Part shown: positions 13,905 to 27,742 of the stretch, in pieces
Numbering within the stretch: position 1 is the stretch's first letter
Layout: each line of letters opens with the position of its first letter
Origin: Octopus sinensis
Taxonomy: Eukaryota
Assembly (NCBI RefSeq): GCF_006345805.1
Contig: NC_043022.1
Coordinates: 22,878,001 to 22,942,000, forward strand
Length of the DNA stretch: 64,000 nucleotides
Reading direction: 5' to 3'
Program-made: the position numbers and the translations under genes
Notes under the pieces: generated by a model
The model's input: only the letters and a program-made list of their open reading frames with translations
Database searches by the model: none
What the model was told of the DNA's origin: nothing

Positions 13905-14145
13905 CTGTGGAAGAAATAACGTGTTAGAAATGAAATTAATTCCTGCTAGTTCCAGCCCTGTGCCTTTCTTCTGTTTTATTCAGACACAGGCGTGACCATG
14001 TGATAAGAAGTTTGTTCCACAAGGAAATGGTTTTCAGTTCAGTCCCACTGCATGGCACCTTGAGGAAAGTGGCTTCTTTTGCTCCAGGATTACCAATGCT
14101 TTGTTAGTGGATTTGGTAGACAGAAACTCATTGTGTGTGTGTATA

Positions 14146-14216
<71 letters not shown>

Positions 14217-14269
14217 CATACACGCACACACACACATATATATATATACACATACATTTATTATTATTG

Positions 14270-14542
14270 AGTGAGAGAGCAGTGCATGCCATCAAAGTGA
14301 CACTGGGGTAAAATATACGAAGCCCAGTATACCCATCTGATAAGGGTACACTAGGCACATGCATCACAACCATATGTGCGTGACATGGTGATCTCATATC
14401 AGGATAAACAGCACATGACCTTGCAAGTGGGGCCCAGTTAGAATTTTCTTCTGGTCGAGTAACCCATCCTGCTCAAAAGGTCCCTGAATAAGGGTTGTTT
14501 AAGGATGTTAAACGAAACACCATTTCCTAATTTGGGATTTCT

Positions 14543-14545
<3 letters not shown>
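14270..14545 (+). mobile_element. Interspersed repeat, probable LINE-derived 3' fragment
   Basis: Homologous to the minus strand of about 51760-52020 (GAGTGAGAGAGCAGTGCATGCCATCAAAGTGACACTGGGG...). The longer copy at about 51450-52020 ends in a simple-repeat tail. Confidence 0.65.
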
Positions 14546-14623
<78 letters not shown>

Positions 14624-15299
14624 ATATTTATACACACACAATCCAGCCCCTTACTATTACCACGTTGTCCTCTCCTCTCCTTCACATTAACCCCTGACAA
14701 TACTTTTCCCTTCCCCTTCCTCTGGCTCCCCTATTCCCATCTCAACTTTGTTCACTTTGTTATTCTCTCAATTACCCTCCTCTCACAATAATGTCCTTTT
14801 ACATGGTGATGTTCTCATTTGCTTTGCAAGCTACTAGTCAACCCTAACAGTGCTGGTGCCACAGAAAGCAACCAGTGCTCTCTAAGTGTTTGGTAATCAA
14901 TATATGAACAGTGACAAGGCTGGGCTTGAGAGGGTTTTTTAGTTTAGCTTATGGCAAGGTAACCTCTATAGTAATGGTGCTATGGGAAATACACCCAGTA
15001 GACTCTGTAAAATGTTGGCATAAGGAAGAGTACCAAGCTATAGAACCCATACCAAAAATGAGACACTAGAGGAACACATAGTCATCTGACCCAATGAATC
15101 CTTTAAAATTGTCCTACCCATGCCAGCATGGAAAGTCGATGTAAAATGATGATTATGATGATGATATACACAAAAAGAGAAACATATGTATACAACAGGC
15201 GTCGTTTCGGTCTACCAGATTATTCATGGGGCTTTGATTGGCCCAGAATTATAGAAGACACTTGGCCAAGGTTCTGTGCAGTGGGACTGAGGCCAAAAC

Positions 15300-16750
<1,451 letters not shown>

Positions 16751-18969
16751 TACCAGTTTTAAGTTTTAATTAATTAATAATCACCCCCACCCCCTTACTA
16801 GGTAATGGCCATTCTAAGAATCCCTTATTAGGGTAAAAAGATTTAGTATTTACAGAGAAATCAAAAACATTCTACAATGCCTTTCTCAAAATCTCTGGCA
16901 CAATTTTACGCCCACATCTTTCCTATATAGACTCAGGCATGGCTGTGTGGTAAGAAGCTTGCTTGCTAACCACATGATCTTGCATTCAGTCCCACTGTGT
17001 GAAATCTTAGGCAAGTGTCTTCTACTACAGACCTGGGCTGACCAAAGCCTTGAGTGGATTCGGTAGACAGAAATGACAAGGCGGTGAGCTGGCAGAAACA
17101 TTACCACACAGGGCAAAATGCGTAGCCGTATTTCGTCTGCCATTACGTTCTGAGTTCAAATTCCGCCAAGGTCGACTTTGCCTTTCATCCTTTCGGGGTT
17201 GATAAATTAAGTACCAGTTACGCACTGGGGTCGATATAAGCGACTGAATCCGTGTGTCTGTCCTTGTTTGTCCCCTCTGTGTTTAGCCCCTTGTGGGTAA
17301 TAAAGAAATAGGTATTTCGTCTGCTGCTACGTTCTGAGTTCAAATTCCACCAAAGTCGACTTTGCCTTTCGTCTTCTCATGGTCAATTAAATAAGTACCA
17401 GTTACGCTCTGGGGTCGATATAATCAACTTAATCTCTTTGTCTGTCCTTGTTTGTCCCCTCTATGTTTGGCCCCTTGTGGGCAATAAAGAAATAAGAAGC
17501 TTGCTTCCTAGCCACGTGATCTTGCATTCAATCCCACTGTGTGAAATATTAGGCAAGTGTCTTCTACTATAGCCCTGGGCTGATCAAAGCCTTGTGAGTG
17601 GATTTGATAGACAGTAATGATAAGAAACCGAAACAACTTTCAGTCAATTTGACATGTGAAACTATTAAGCATGATACATTTTTTTTTCTCTCTTCACTAT
17701 TTTTCTTCCTCCATTTTCTTTGCTCACTCCTTTCTGTTGAAGAGCATGGGCTGGAAATATCAAAGACTTCTTTCATTTTTCCTCAGCGTCAAACTACTAC
17801 ACCTTACTTGTTTTTCCCTCATCTGTTTCTGTCTTACATTTTTTTGTTTTGAACCACATATGTGTGTGTGTGTGTGTATTCATCCATTAATGTTATATCG
17901 CCTGAAGAAATGAATCTATGAAAATGATCAACCTGATGCCCACGTATTGTACAGACTACACTGTAATCATCCCACGAATATGGACTGTGATTTTAAGAGA
18001 CATATAATTTGTGGAAACATGCGCAGCAATGCATTAGAATATTTATAAATTCCACTCATGGATTATTATCATCGTCATCATCATTATTATCAATATCATC
18101 ATCATCATTATTATTATTACTATACGTGCGTGTATGTGTGTGTTTTGTGTCTGTGTTTGTTCCCCACTACTGCTTGATAACCAGTGTTGGTTTATTTACA
18201 TCATCATAACAAAAGAGACCAATAGAGTAAGTATCAAACTTAAAAAAAAAAGATAGTAGGAGTGGCTGTGTGGTAAGTAGCTTGCTAACCAACCACATGG
18301 TTCTGGGTTCAGTCCCACTGCGTGGCAACTTGGGCAAGTGTCTTCTGCTATAGCCCCGGGCCGACCAATGCCTTGTGAGTGGATTTGGTAGACGGAAACT
18401 GAAAGAAGCCTGTCGTATATATGTATATATATATAAATATGTGTATGTGTGTCTGTGTTTGTCCCCCTAGCATTGCTTGACAACCAATGCTGGTGTGTTT
18501 ACGTCCCCGTCACTTATCGGTTCGGCAAAAGAGACCAATAGAATAAGTACTGGGCTTACAAAGAATAAGTCCCGGGGTCGATTTGCTTGACTAAAGGCGG
18601 TGCTCCAGCATGGTCGCAGTCAAATGACTGAAACAAGGAAAAGAAAAGAGAAAAGAGTAAACCCTTCAAGGCGATGCCCCAGCATGGCTGCAGTCCAACA
18701 ACTAAAACAAGCTAAAGATAAAAAGATAACAGATAAAAGACATATATGGAGTTGTGTTATCATCATCACCTTGTTTCTGCCAACTTCCAAACAGTGTTTA
18801 TTCACCAATATGGAAGTTTTATTTACAGTGTATCCAGTCACCATATTTAGAAAATGTAGTTTTGACGTAAATATTCCTATTGGATTATGTCACAGATGCT
18901 CTGCTGAAGAATACCTGCTCTTTATTCTGTGACATCACTGAGCTTGAGATACGTATTTTCCTAAACTAC

Positions 18970-19018
18970 TTAACAACCAGTTCTGCCATGTACGCATATA
19001 AATGCAGGCAAGATTCAG
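18970..19018 (-). CDS. Candidate internal exon of unnamed minus-strand gene
   Basis: Strong acceptor ctctctcttttttttcag|, weaker donor |gtagtt, 49 nt. Two frames are open: LNLACIYMRTWQNWLL or ESCLHLYAYMAELVV. Confidence 0.4.
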
Positions 19019-19279
19019 CTGAAAAAAAAGAGAGAGAGAAAGATATGGATTCTAAATGATATGTTTGTAGAAGCTGTTTGCCATGTTCTGTTCTGAAAGA
19101 CATTGCTGGGTTTTTTTTGGTTGTTTTTTTTTTTTTTTGATATAGAAATGGGTAAAAAAAAAAAACCCTGGAAATGTGAGGAATAAAGCAGTCTTGAGTT
19201 AAAGTCACATGTAGCTATGACATCATGACATAAAATGTGGCATTATTTTGTGTAAACATAGTTGGCGGGGGTGGTGGTG

Positions 19280-19830
19280 AGAAAGGGCAACAGAGGAGGG
19301 GAGAGAGAGAGAGAGAGAGAGCAAGAGACAGATAGAGAGGAGAGAAAGAAAAGGAATGAGACGAGGTGACAGAGGCAGTAAGGAAGAGAGAGAGAAAGGG
19401 AGAGTGAGAGAGAGAGCAAATGAGCAAGAGAGAAAGAGAAAAAGAGAGATGGAGAGCAAAAAGAAAGAGGGGAGAGAGAGCAAGAGGGAAAGAGAAAAAA
19501 CAAGACAGTAAGAAAGACAGAGAATGTAAAAGAGAGAGAGACAGACAGAAAAAGAGAGAGAGCATGATAGAGGGAGAGAAAGCACAAGAAACAGAAAATG
19601 AGAGAGAGAGCGAGAATGAGAGAGACAGATAGGTAGAAAAAGAGAGAGAGCAAGAGAGAGAGAGAGAGAGAGAGCACGAGAAACAAAAAATGAGAGAGAG
19701 AGAGCACAAGAGACAGAAAAAGGGAGATAGCAAGAGAGAGAGAGAGACAGACAGAAAAAGAGAAAAAGCAAGAGAGAGAGAGAGCACGAGAGACAGAGAG
19801 AGAACAAGAGAGATAGGGAGAGAGAGAACG
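19280..19830. repeat. Degenerate GA-rich low-complexity tract
   Basis: Purine-rich (GA)n/(GAAA)n. It produces the LS-rich and RE-rich pseudo-ORFs. Confidence 0.9.
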
Positions 19831-20464
19831 AAGACTAACCATTCTTATGATTTACAATTGTTTTCAAATTTTAAACAGGAATAAAGTTTGCTAACAGAGA
19901 TGTATTATCGATAGTTCTTGGAGTCTATGCAAGCATTGTTAACAGTATTTTGATGTTACACAAGAATTATTGAAAATCTCCAAGGCTACGCAATCATTGT
20001 TTGGGAATCGTTCAGCGTTATACAAGAATTATTGAACAGGTTTGATCCATAAATCTTTGATGTTCACCGGGGTTGAATAAAATTGACCTAAATTTTCGGT
20101 TTGTAGAGAATTTATGGAGAGAAATATTACCTTAGATTAGTTACTCGAAAAATTTTTTAGAGACAGGTTAGAAATGTTATTCATCAACATTTTAATGCTT
20201 GCTTTTCTATGCTTGTTTGGGTCGGATGGAGTTTTATTGAAGCAGGATTTCTGCAGTCACTTGCCGTTCCTCTCACCGACCCTAACCTGTTTCCAAGCAA
20301 GGTAATATTTCCTCATGGCTAGACATGTTTTTCATGGAAGACTGCCAACAAATAAAATCGCTTGTATGATGGTGGTGCACATTTTCGATCAACAAATATT
20401 TATGATGGCTGAGTTGGCCAAAACTTTGAAGTCAATAACATTCTTGTTTAAGAATAATAAATTT

Positions 20465-20771
20465 CAGCGTGGAAGGTGTTTATAAGCCATTTCAGAAACG
20501 CACAAAAACCGTTAGATTCACTTCAACATTTAAATTTAATTTGTCAAAATGTTTTTGTCGTTTTGAGACCGCGACATCTCAAAGTTTCATCAGTGATCAG
20601 GTCACGGTTTCAAAGTGACGAAAATATTTTGACAAATTAAATTTAAATGTTGAAGTGAATCTAACGGTTTTTGTGCGTTTCTTAAATGGCTTATAAACAC
20701 CTTCCATGCTGCAATTGTTTTTGTTCAAGCACACGATCTCACATCAAGTCACTCGCTATGCAAGTACATCT
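20465..20771 (+). mobile_element. PLE-like terminal-repeat element with an inverted arm and a hammerhead-like motif
   Basis: 20465-20550 is inverted relative to about 20626-20711. The same family occurs at 46376-46514, 46864-46998 and 52897-53045. Confidence 0.6.
20590..20632 (+). ncRNA. Hammerhead-like motif with G3:C8 core variant
   Basis: tca-GTGATCA-g-GTCAC[ggtttcaaa]GTGAC-GAA-AATATT-T-tga. Stem II covaries with the 52.9-kb copy. Confidence 0.5.
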
Positions 20772-20859
20772 CAATAATAAATTTGTACTTTACATAAGTA
20801 ACCCTTAAATGTAAAGTTGTTTTTATTATATCTGAACACACACACACACATACACATAC

Positions 20860-20932
20860 ACAGTTTCTCCAAGTCTGGCAAGATAGGTTTGATGGACAAG
20901 CCTTCAAAACTTTAAGTTGCTTGCAATAGACC
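20860..20932 (-). CDS. Candidate internal exon of unnamed minus-strand gene
   Basis: Acceptor aataacaactag|, donor |gtatgt, 73 nt. Only one frame is open: (W)VYCKQLKVLKACPSNLSCQTWRNC. Phase-compatible with the 25059-25188 and 18970-19018 exons. Confidence 0.4.
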
Positions 20933-21072
20933 CTAGTTGTTATTAAATGAACAATATTATTAATCAGTTGTAGGATTTGTTAGAATTTAGGTATTTTAAA
21001 ATCCAGGATGCTGGGAAAGGGTCAAGTCTCACGCGTACATAGACATATCCTATACATACATCCATTTATATA

Positions 21073-21110
<38 letters not shown>

Positions 21111-21416
21111 CACACACATATATATAAACACATACACATAGGTTCCCGATCCAATGCAAGTTATAGATCCCACATACAGATGGTCACTCCTATGCCATTT
21201 TTTTTTTAAATAAATAGGCGTAGGAGTGGCTGTGTGGTAGGTAGCTTAATTACGAATCACATGGTTCTGGGTTCAGTCCCACTGCGTGGTACCTTGGGCA
21301 AGTGTCTTCTACTATAGCCTTGGGCCAACCAAAGCCTTGTGAGTGGATTTGATAGACAGAAACTGAAAGAAGCCCGTCGTATATATATATATATATATAT
21401 ACACACTCACACACAC

Positions 21417-21448
<32 letters not shown>

Positions 21449-21757
21449 GTATCTATGTGTGTGTATACATGTTTGTGTGTCTGTGTTCGTCTCCCTCACC
21501 CAACATCGCTTGACAACTGATGCTGGTGTGTTTATGTCCCCGTAACTTAGCGGTTCGGCAAAAGAGACCGATAGAATAAGTACTAGGCTTACAAAGAATA
21601 AGTCCTGGGGTCGATTTGATTGACTAAAGGTGGTACTCCAGCATGGCCACAGTCAAATGACTGAAACAAGTAAAAGATTAAAAGAGTAAAAGATATATAC
21701 ATATTTATATGTGTGTGTGTATATATGTATATATATATTGAATAGAAGATATGAAAT

Positions 21758-21801
21758 CCACCTGATGAATGTCATTTGAAGACAGGAAACAATTGTAGTG
21801 G
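21758..21801 (+). ncRNA. Type I minimal hammerhead ribozyme (PLE-type)
   Basis: CCAC-CTGATGA-aTGTC[atttgaa]GACAg-GAA-ACAATTGT-A-GTGG: canonical core, stem I CCAC/GTGG, palindromic stem III, GUA triplet. Confidence 0.75.
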
Positions 21802-21895
21802 CGATTTATTTACTTTATATTAAAATTTTTTTATGTATTGATTAAGTCTTTCCTTGTTTGATTTGCAAAATAGTGGTTTTGTCTCTAATTAATAT

Positions 21896-21934
<39 letters not shown>

Positions 21935-22499
21935 TTGATGAGCTTCTTTAAGTTTCCATCAACCAAGTTCACTTTCAAGGCTTTGGTCAGCTCAAGGCTA
22001 TAGAAGACAATTGCCCAAGGTGCTGCATAGTATGACTAAACCTGAACGTATGTGATTGGAAAAGCAAGCTTCTCACCACATAACCATGCCTGTGCCTATT
22101 TCAATAAAAAAAGCAAAACAAATTGTGTACTTTTAGCAGGAGATTTAATATCATACTGTAACATATATTGTAAGATTTCAAAGAGAAAAGAGATCAATCA
22201 TTTCCACCTTTATATACTTGAGTGATTTAGATATCTAAATATATTATATATTCATAGTATTGGTTTAAAATTTTGGTACAAGGCCAGCACTTTCAGTGAG
22301 GAGATTAGTTGTTGTTGTGGAAGGATTCTGACCACCCCTCAAGTGACTAAAAGGTGGACTGACTCATTATTATAAAGTAGAGAATTGTGAGCGACTGGCA
22401 GTTCGTGTTGGTAGCAGTTCACTGTGAGCCTTTGATATAGAGTGTCAAGTCTCGTGTAATAGTAATAGTGATGCATCATGTATATACTTTCTCCCACCT

Positions 22500-22770
22500 G
22501 CATCATTGTACTGGCTCCTGTGCAGGTGGCACGTAAAAAACACCATCTGAGCGTGGCCGTTGCCAGTACCGCCTGACTGGCCCTCGTGCCGGTGGCACGT
22601 AAAAGCACCCATTACACTCTTGGAGTGGTTGGCATTAGGAAGGGCATCCAGCTGTAGGAACTCTGCAAGATCAAGATTGGAACCTGGTGCAGCCATCTGG
22701 TTCGCCAGTCCTCCGTCAAATCGTCCAATCAATGCTAGCATGGAAAGCGGACGTTAAATAATGATGATGA
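22500..22770 (+). mobile_element. SINE family C (RTE-type 3' tail)
   Basis: GGTGGCACGTAAAAAGCACC repeats, then GAGTGGTTGGCATTAGGAAGGGCATCCAGCTGTAG...ATGCTAGCATGGAAAGCGGACGTTAAA(TGA)n. Also at 8620-8890-, 23825-24450- (with about 8-10 internal ~52-bp tandem units), 28280-28612+, 49740-49990-, 52025-52185-. Confidence 0.8.
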
Positions 22771-24625
22771 TGATATATATATATATATATTCATACAGTC
22801 TTGAGATGTAAGATGCAGGTATAGATAGTGGAAGACAACAACAATTACATACTAAAATTACCTGAGGCAGTTTGTGTGAGTGTGTGTGTGTGAGTGTACA
22901 TTTCTATTGTTAACACCATTTTTTTCATGTATTTCATTTAGTAAATCCTACTGAAGTGTGTATGAAGGATTAGGAAGGATTAGTGTCTTGTAAAGAGAGC
23001 AAAACACTTGAGAATATGGTGTTGTGTATAAAGAGGAGCCGGTATAACTGGTGTATCTTTCTTTAAACATATCTCATCTATACTTTCATCTTATATATCC
23101 AAACACACATGTACACATAGATATATAATCAAGAGTTTGAATTCTATTTTTTTTCAAATACTGATGTGTATATCTATATTTAATTATTATTATCATTACT
23201 CTGAGGCAGGGAGCTGGCAGAATTGTTAGCACACCAGGCAAAATGCTTAGTGACATTTTGTCCATCTTTACATTCTGAGTTCAAATTCTGCCAAGGTCGA
23301 CTTTGCCTTTCATCCTTTCGGGGTTGATAAATTAAGTACCAGTTACGTACTGGGGGTCGATGTAATCGACTTAATCCGTTTGTCCCCTCTGTGTTTAGCC
23401 CCTTGTGGGTAGTAAAGAAATAGGTATTTCGTCTGCCGTTACATTCTGAGTACAAATTCCGCCAAGGTCGACTTTGCCTTTCATCCTTTCGGGGTTGATA
23501 AATTAAGTACCAGTTACACACTGGAGTCAATGTAATTTACTTAATCCCTTTGTTTGTCTTGTTTATCCCTTCTATGTTTAGCTCCTTGTGGGCAATAAAG
23601 AAATAAGAAGCTTGCTTCCCAACCGCATGGTTTCAGGTTCAGTTCCACTACGTGATACCTTGGGCAAATGTCTTCTACTATAGTCCTGGGCTGACCATAG
23701 CCTTGTGAGTGGATTTGGTAGATGGAAATTGCAAAAAGCCCGTCATGTGTCTGTATGTGTGTCTGCGCTTGTGTCCCCCACAACTGCTTCATAATTAGTG
23801 CTGGTTTGCTTGTATCTCCATGACTGATCATTCTCATCATCATTTAACGTCCATTTTCCATGCTGGCATGGGTTGGACAGTTTGACTGAGGTCTGGGAAG
23901 CCAGTGGCTGCACCAGGCTCCAATCTGATCTGGCAATGCTTGTACAGCTGTATGCTTTCCTGAATGCCAAGCACTTTGGGAGTGTAGTAGGTGCTTTTTA
24001 CATGCCACCAGCACAGAAGCCAATCAGGCAGGCCTGGCATCGATTACATTCAGATGGTGCTTTTTATGTGCCACCAGCTGGCCTGGCATCAATCACGCTT
24101 GGATGGTGCTCTTTACGTGCCACTGGCATGGGGGCCAGTCTGGTGGTCCTGGCATTGATCATGTTCAGATAGTGCTTTTTACATGCCGCTGGCATGGGAG
24201 CCAATCAGGGGGTACTGGCATCGACCACGTTTGGATGGTGCTTTTTACATGCCACCAGCATGGAAGCCAGTCACTGGGTACTGGTATTGGTCACATACGG
24301 ATAGTGCTTTTTACGTGCTGCCAGCACAGAAGCCGGTCATGGGGTACTGGCATCAGCCACGTTCGGATGGTGCTTTTTACGTGCCACCAGCACAGGAGCC
24401 AGTCAGGCAGACCTGGCAACGACCACATTTGGATGGTGCTTTCTACGTGCCTGATAGGCTTTAAAAATAAAGTACCAGGGATGGTTCAATCAACTGAAAA
24501 TTCTTCAAGGCTGTGCCCCAGCATGGCCACAGTCTAATGATTGAAACAAGTAAAAGATAATAGATATGAGCCTATAGAGAAAAACGCAACTTGTCTTGTA
24601 AAGGCCATCATTTTAATACATAACC

Positions 24626-24826
24626 CAGTGGTTTTCAACCAGGGTTCCGCCAGTACAGTCCAGGGGTTCCGCAAGAAGTTACAAAACTGCTAAAATCGGC
24701 AGTAATTTATAATTTTCCAGTGCAGATATGTGTGCATAAGACTATTAAATTATTGCACAGGGGTTCCTCGAGCCAGTGGAATTTTTCCTTGGGGTTCCGC
24801 TCCAGCAAAAAGGTTGAAAAGCACTG
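24626..24826. mobile_element. hAT MITE, 201 bp
   Basis: TIRs CAGTGGTTTTCAACC / GGTTGAAAAGCACTG. Perfect 8-bp TSD ACATAACC at 24618-24625 and 24827-24834. Confidence 0.85.
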
Positions 24827-25058
24827 ACATAACCACATACTCACACACACATTCATAAATGCACAATCATTTTTATAGCTTATATATATTCTAACGTAAG
24901 TTATTTTATAGCTCAACAGTGATGAAAATATATTTAAAATAACAACAACAAAAATCAATAATGACAATAGTGAAGTCTGGAGATGAAAGAGAGAGAGAGA
25001 GTGTTTATGTAGTCAAAAACACAAATATGCAAATTAGGCTATCCACTAATGTGCTTAC

Positions 25059-25188
25059 CACTTCATGTCTGATTTATAAAGTAGCTGACCTTTGCTATTG
25101 ATTGGACAAGGAAACTGAGAGCATTTTCTCTGAGGAGCAGTCAAAAAACAATGAAACAGTCTATCAAGATACTCCTTCCATATTATAT
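25059..25188 (-). CDS. Best-supported exon of unnamed minus-strand gene
   Basis: Acceptor cattctttttatgctatag|, donor |gtaagc, 130 nt of unique sequence, open as (x)IIWKEYLDRLFHCFLTAPQRKCSQFPCPINSKGQLLYKSDMK(W). Confidence 0.6.
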
Positions 25189-26176
25189 CTATAGCATAAA
25201 AAGAATGTATTTACATTGCTATAATATCCCTAATGAGGCTTTCTAGTATTTAAATTTTATTCCAGTTCTTCTAATTTACATGATTTACACTTGTCTTGAT
25301 GTCACATGATGGTTCTAAGTGAATGTCAGCATCATACAAGTGATGTTGTTTGTTTCCATTTTGGGGGAATGTTGTGACCTCAATCACTTATACTTCATGA
25401 AAACTGGGTAATCGGCCTTATGAGCCCTAGGGCACAAGAAAAAACAAAAAAAAAAACAAAAGCAAAAGTTGTTGATCCCCCGACTATTATAACCTCCAGA
25501 TAAACTGTTTGTGATATTAAACTATACCTCACCTACATTACTGATATTAAGACTATATACCTCAGGATTAACTATTCATACTGTTTAGATTAAATACCCT
25601 CAGATTAACCATTGATGATATTCATACTATCTACCTCCAGATTAAGTACTAATAAAGTTTAGACTAGTGGGATCTTTTCGGTTTGAATGGCAGTTTTTTC
25701 TAGCGGTGTCATATGAAATTGTCACCCATAATTATGACCCCAGTATCGATCTATTGCATTTCAATCTGTTTTAGGGTTAGGGTTAGTTAGGATTAGTTAG
25801 GGTTAGGGGAAGGGTATCATTTTTTCTTCACAAATGTAAATAAACCCGAGGCTATAGTAGAAGACACTTGCCCAAGGTGCCATGCAGTGGGACCGAACCC
25901 AGAACCATGTGGTTGGTAAGCAAGCTACTTACACACAGCCACTCCACCTAATAAAAGATTTACTATGACTGAAGTTCCCAATTTAAATTCATAACAATAG
26001 AATTAAATGGTGGCAGGGAGTCGAGAGTCCACAAAAGCAATGAAAAAATAATTCAAATCAACGCCAGATCCTGCCTCTCACCTTACCCTACAATGTCATT
26101 CTAAAAGAAAACATTCACATTATCGATATCTCAAAGCTACAAGATAATGTATGGCTATTATTTACATATGCCTACA

Positions 26177-26435
26177 GGCATATGGCATAGTGGTTAAGAG
26201 CGCAGGCTACTAACCCCAAGATTCCGAGTTCGATTCCAAGCAGTGACCTGAACAATAATAATAATAATAATAATAATAACATCGAAGAATACCTTAGGAA
26301 TGAGAACCCAGGTTCGAAATTTCCCCAAGACACCTGAAGAAGGCTGGAAGGTATATCAGCTGAAAGATGAGGACAAATATCCGTTGAATGTAAATAAGGT
26401 ACATAATTCCTCATCTCTTAAATATAGAACTGTAA
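26177..26435 (+). mobile_element. tRNA-headed element carrying a partial hammerhead motif
   Basis: A box TGGCATAGTGG (26183-26193), B box GTTCGATTC (26228-26236), (AAT)n, then CTGAAGA-a-GGCTG[10 nt]CAGCT-GAAA (26334-26365). No stem III or stem I partner in this copy. Confidence 0.6.
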
Positions 26436-26635
26436 TACATGATTGATTCAAAACAATTATAAATAAACAAGCATCACATTTCACAGGGTAATCTGAATGC
26501 CAAAGGTTTAAAGCATATATACTCCCTTATTAATTATTAGTGTTGTTCAAATGGTATACTTCCAGATCAACCATTAATATTGTTTACACTACAGATCTCC
26601 AGATCAACTATTGGTTTTGTTTAGAATATATATAT

Positions 26636-27022
26636 GGAATGGAAGCACTCCGTCGGTTACGACGACGAGGGTTCTGGTTGATCTGATCAACGGAACAGCC
26701 TGCTCGTGAAATTAACGTACAAGTGGCTGAGCACTCCACAGACACGTGTACCCTTAACGTAGTTCTCGGGATATTCAGCGTGACACAGAGAGTGACAAGG
26801 TCGGCCCTTTGAAATACAGGTACAACAGAAACAGGAAGTTAGAGTGAGAGAAAGTTGTGGTGAAAGAGTACAGCAGGGATCACCACTATCCCTGCCGGAG
26901 CCTCGTGGAGCTTTTAGGTGTTTTCGCTCAATAAACACTCACGACGCCCGGTCTGGAAATCGAAACCGCGATCCTACGACCGCGAGTCCGCTGCCCTAAC
27001 CACTGGGCCATTGCGCCTCCAC
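26636..27022 (-). mobile_element. Full-length family D SINE with TSD
   Basis: Flanked by GAATATATATAT at 26624-26635 and 27023-27034. tRNA-like head lies at the right end. Confidence 0.85.
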
Positions 27023-27599
27023 GAATATATATATATACTTCCAGATCAACTATGATATTGTTTAAACTATATACCTCCAGATTAACTATTAGTATGGTAT
27101 GGTATGGTTTTAACCTATATATTTCCAGATTAACTACTGGCAATGTTTAGGCAAGAAAACAAGAAAAAAGAAATGAAATCACTTTAACATTTGTTGTTGT
27201 TAAGACTTCGAATCACTACCTTAGCTATTGGGGTTGTTAAGATAAATATCCACCTTTAATTACTGGGCTTGTTAAGATATCTACATTCCCCTTAATTATT
27301 GGGGTTGTTGTAGCTATACAGCCCCACCTTATAAACCGACATCTTAATTATGGTGATGTTAAGAATTGTAAGCTGACATCCTAACTAGTGGTGATGTTTA
27401 AGTTCAGTGAAGGGCAATCTTCACATCTTTCTTAATTGCCACCATTAATGAGATCGAGAATGCTAAGAGCAAATTATTTTCTTGTACTGCCAGAATGTTG
27501 TAGGAAATTCTTCAAACAGAATTACTTCCAATATTTCGCCCAGTTCAGTTTAGTATGTGTGTGTATATATTACATACAAACACAAACACAGAAATATAA

Positions 27600-27643
<44 letters not shown>

Positions 27644-27691
27644 TATATTTACACATACATGTGTATGTGTATATATATGTATATATGTATG

Positions 27692-27742
<51 letters not shown>

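Noticed and set aside
18878-18927. ATGTCACAGA...TCTGTGACAT 10-bp inverted repeat as snoRNA, SECIS or miRNA
   Set aside because: The interior does not pair and no box motifs were found.
25783-25808. TTAGGG repeats suggesting an interstitial telomere
   Set aside because: Only a few imperfect units inside a MITE-like repeat; similar short tracts occur at 12.3 and 32.0-32.3 kb.
26177-26245. tRNA gene
   Set aside because: A and B boxes are present but the acceptor stem and cloverleaf do not close; it is a SINE-type head. No bona fide tRNA or rRNA gene was seen in the window.
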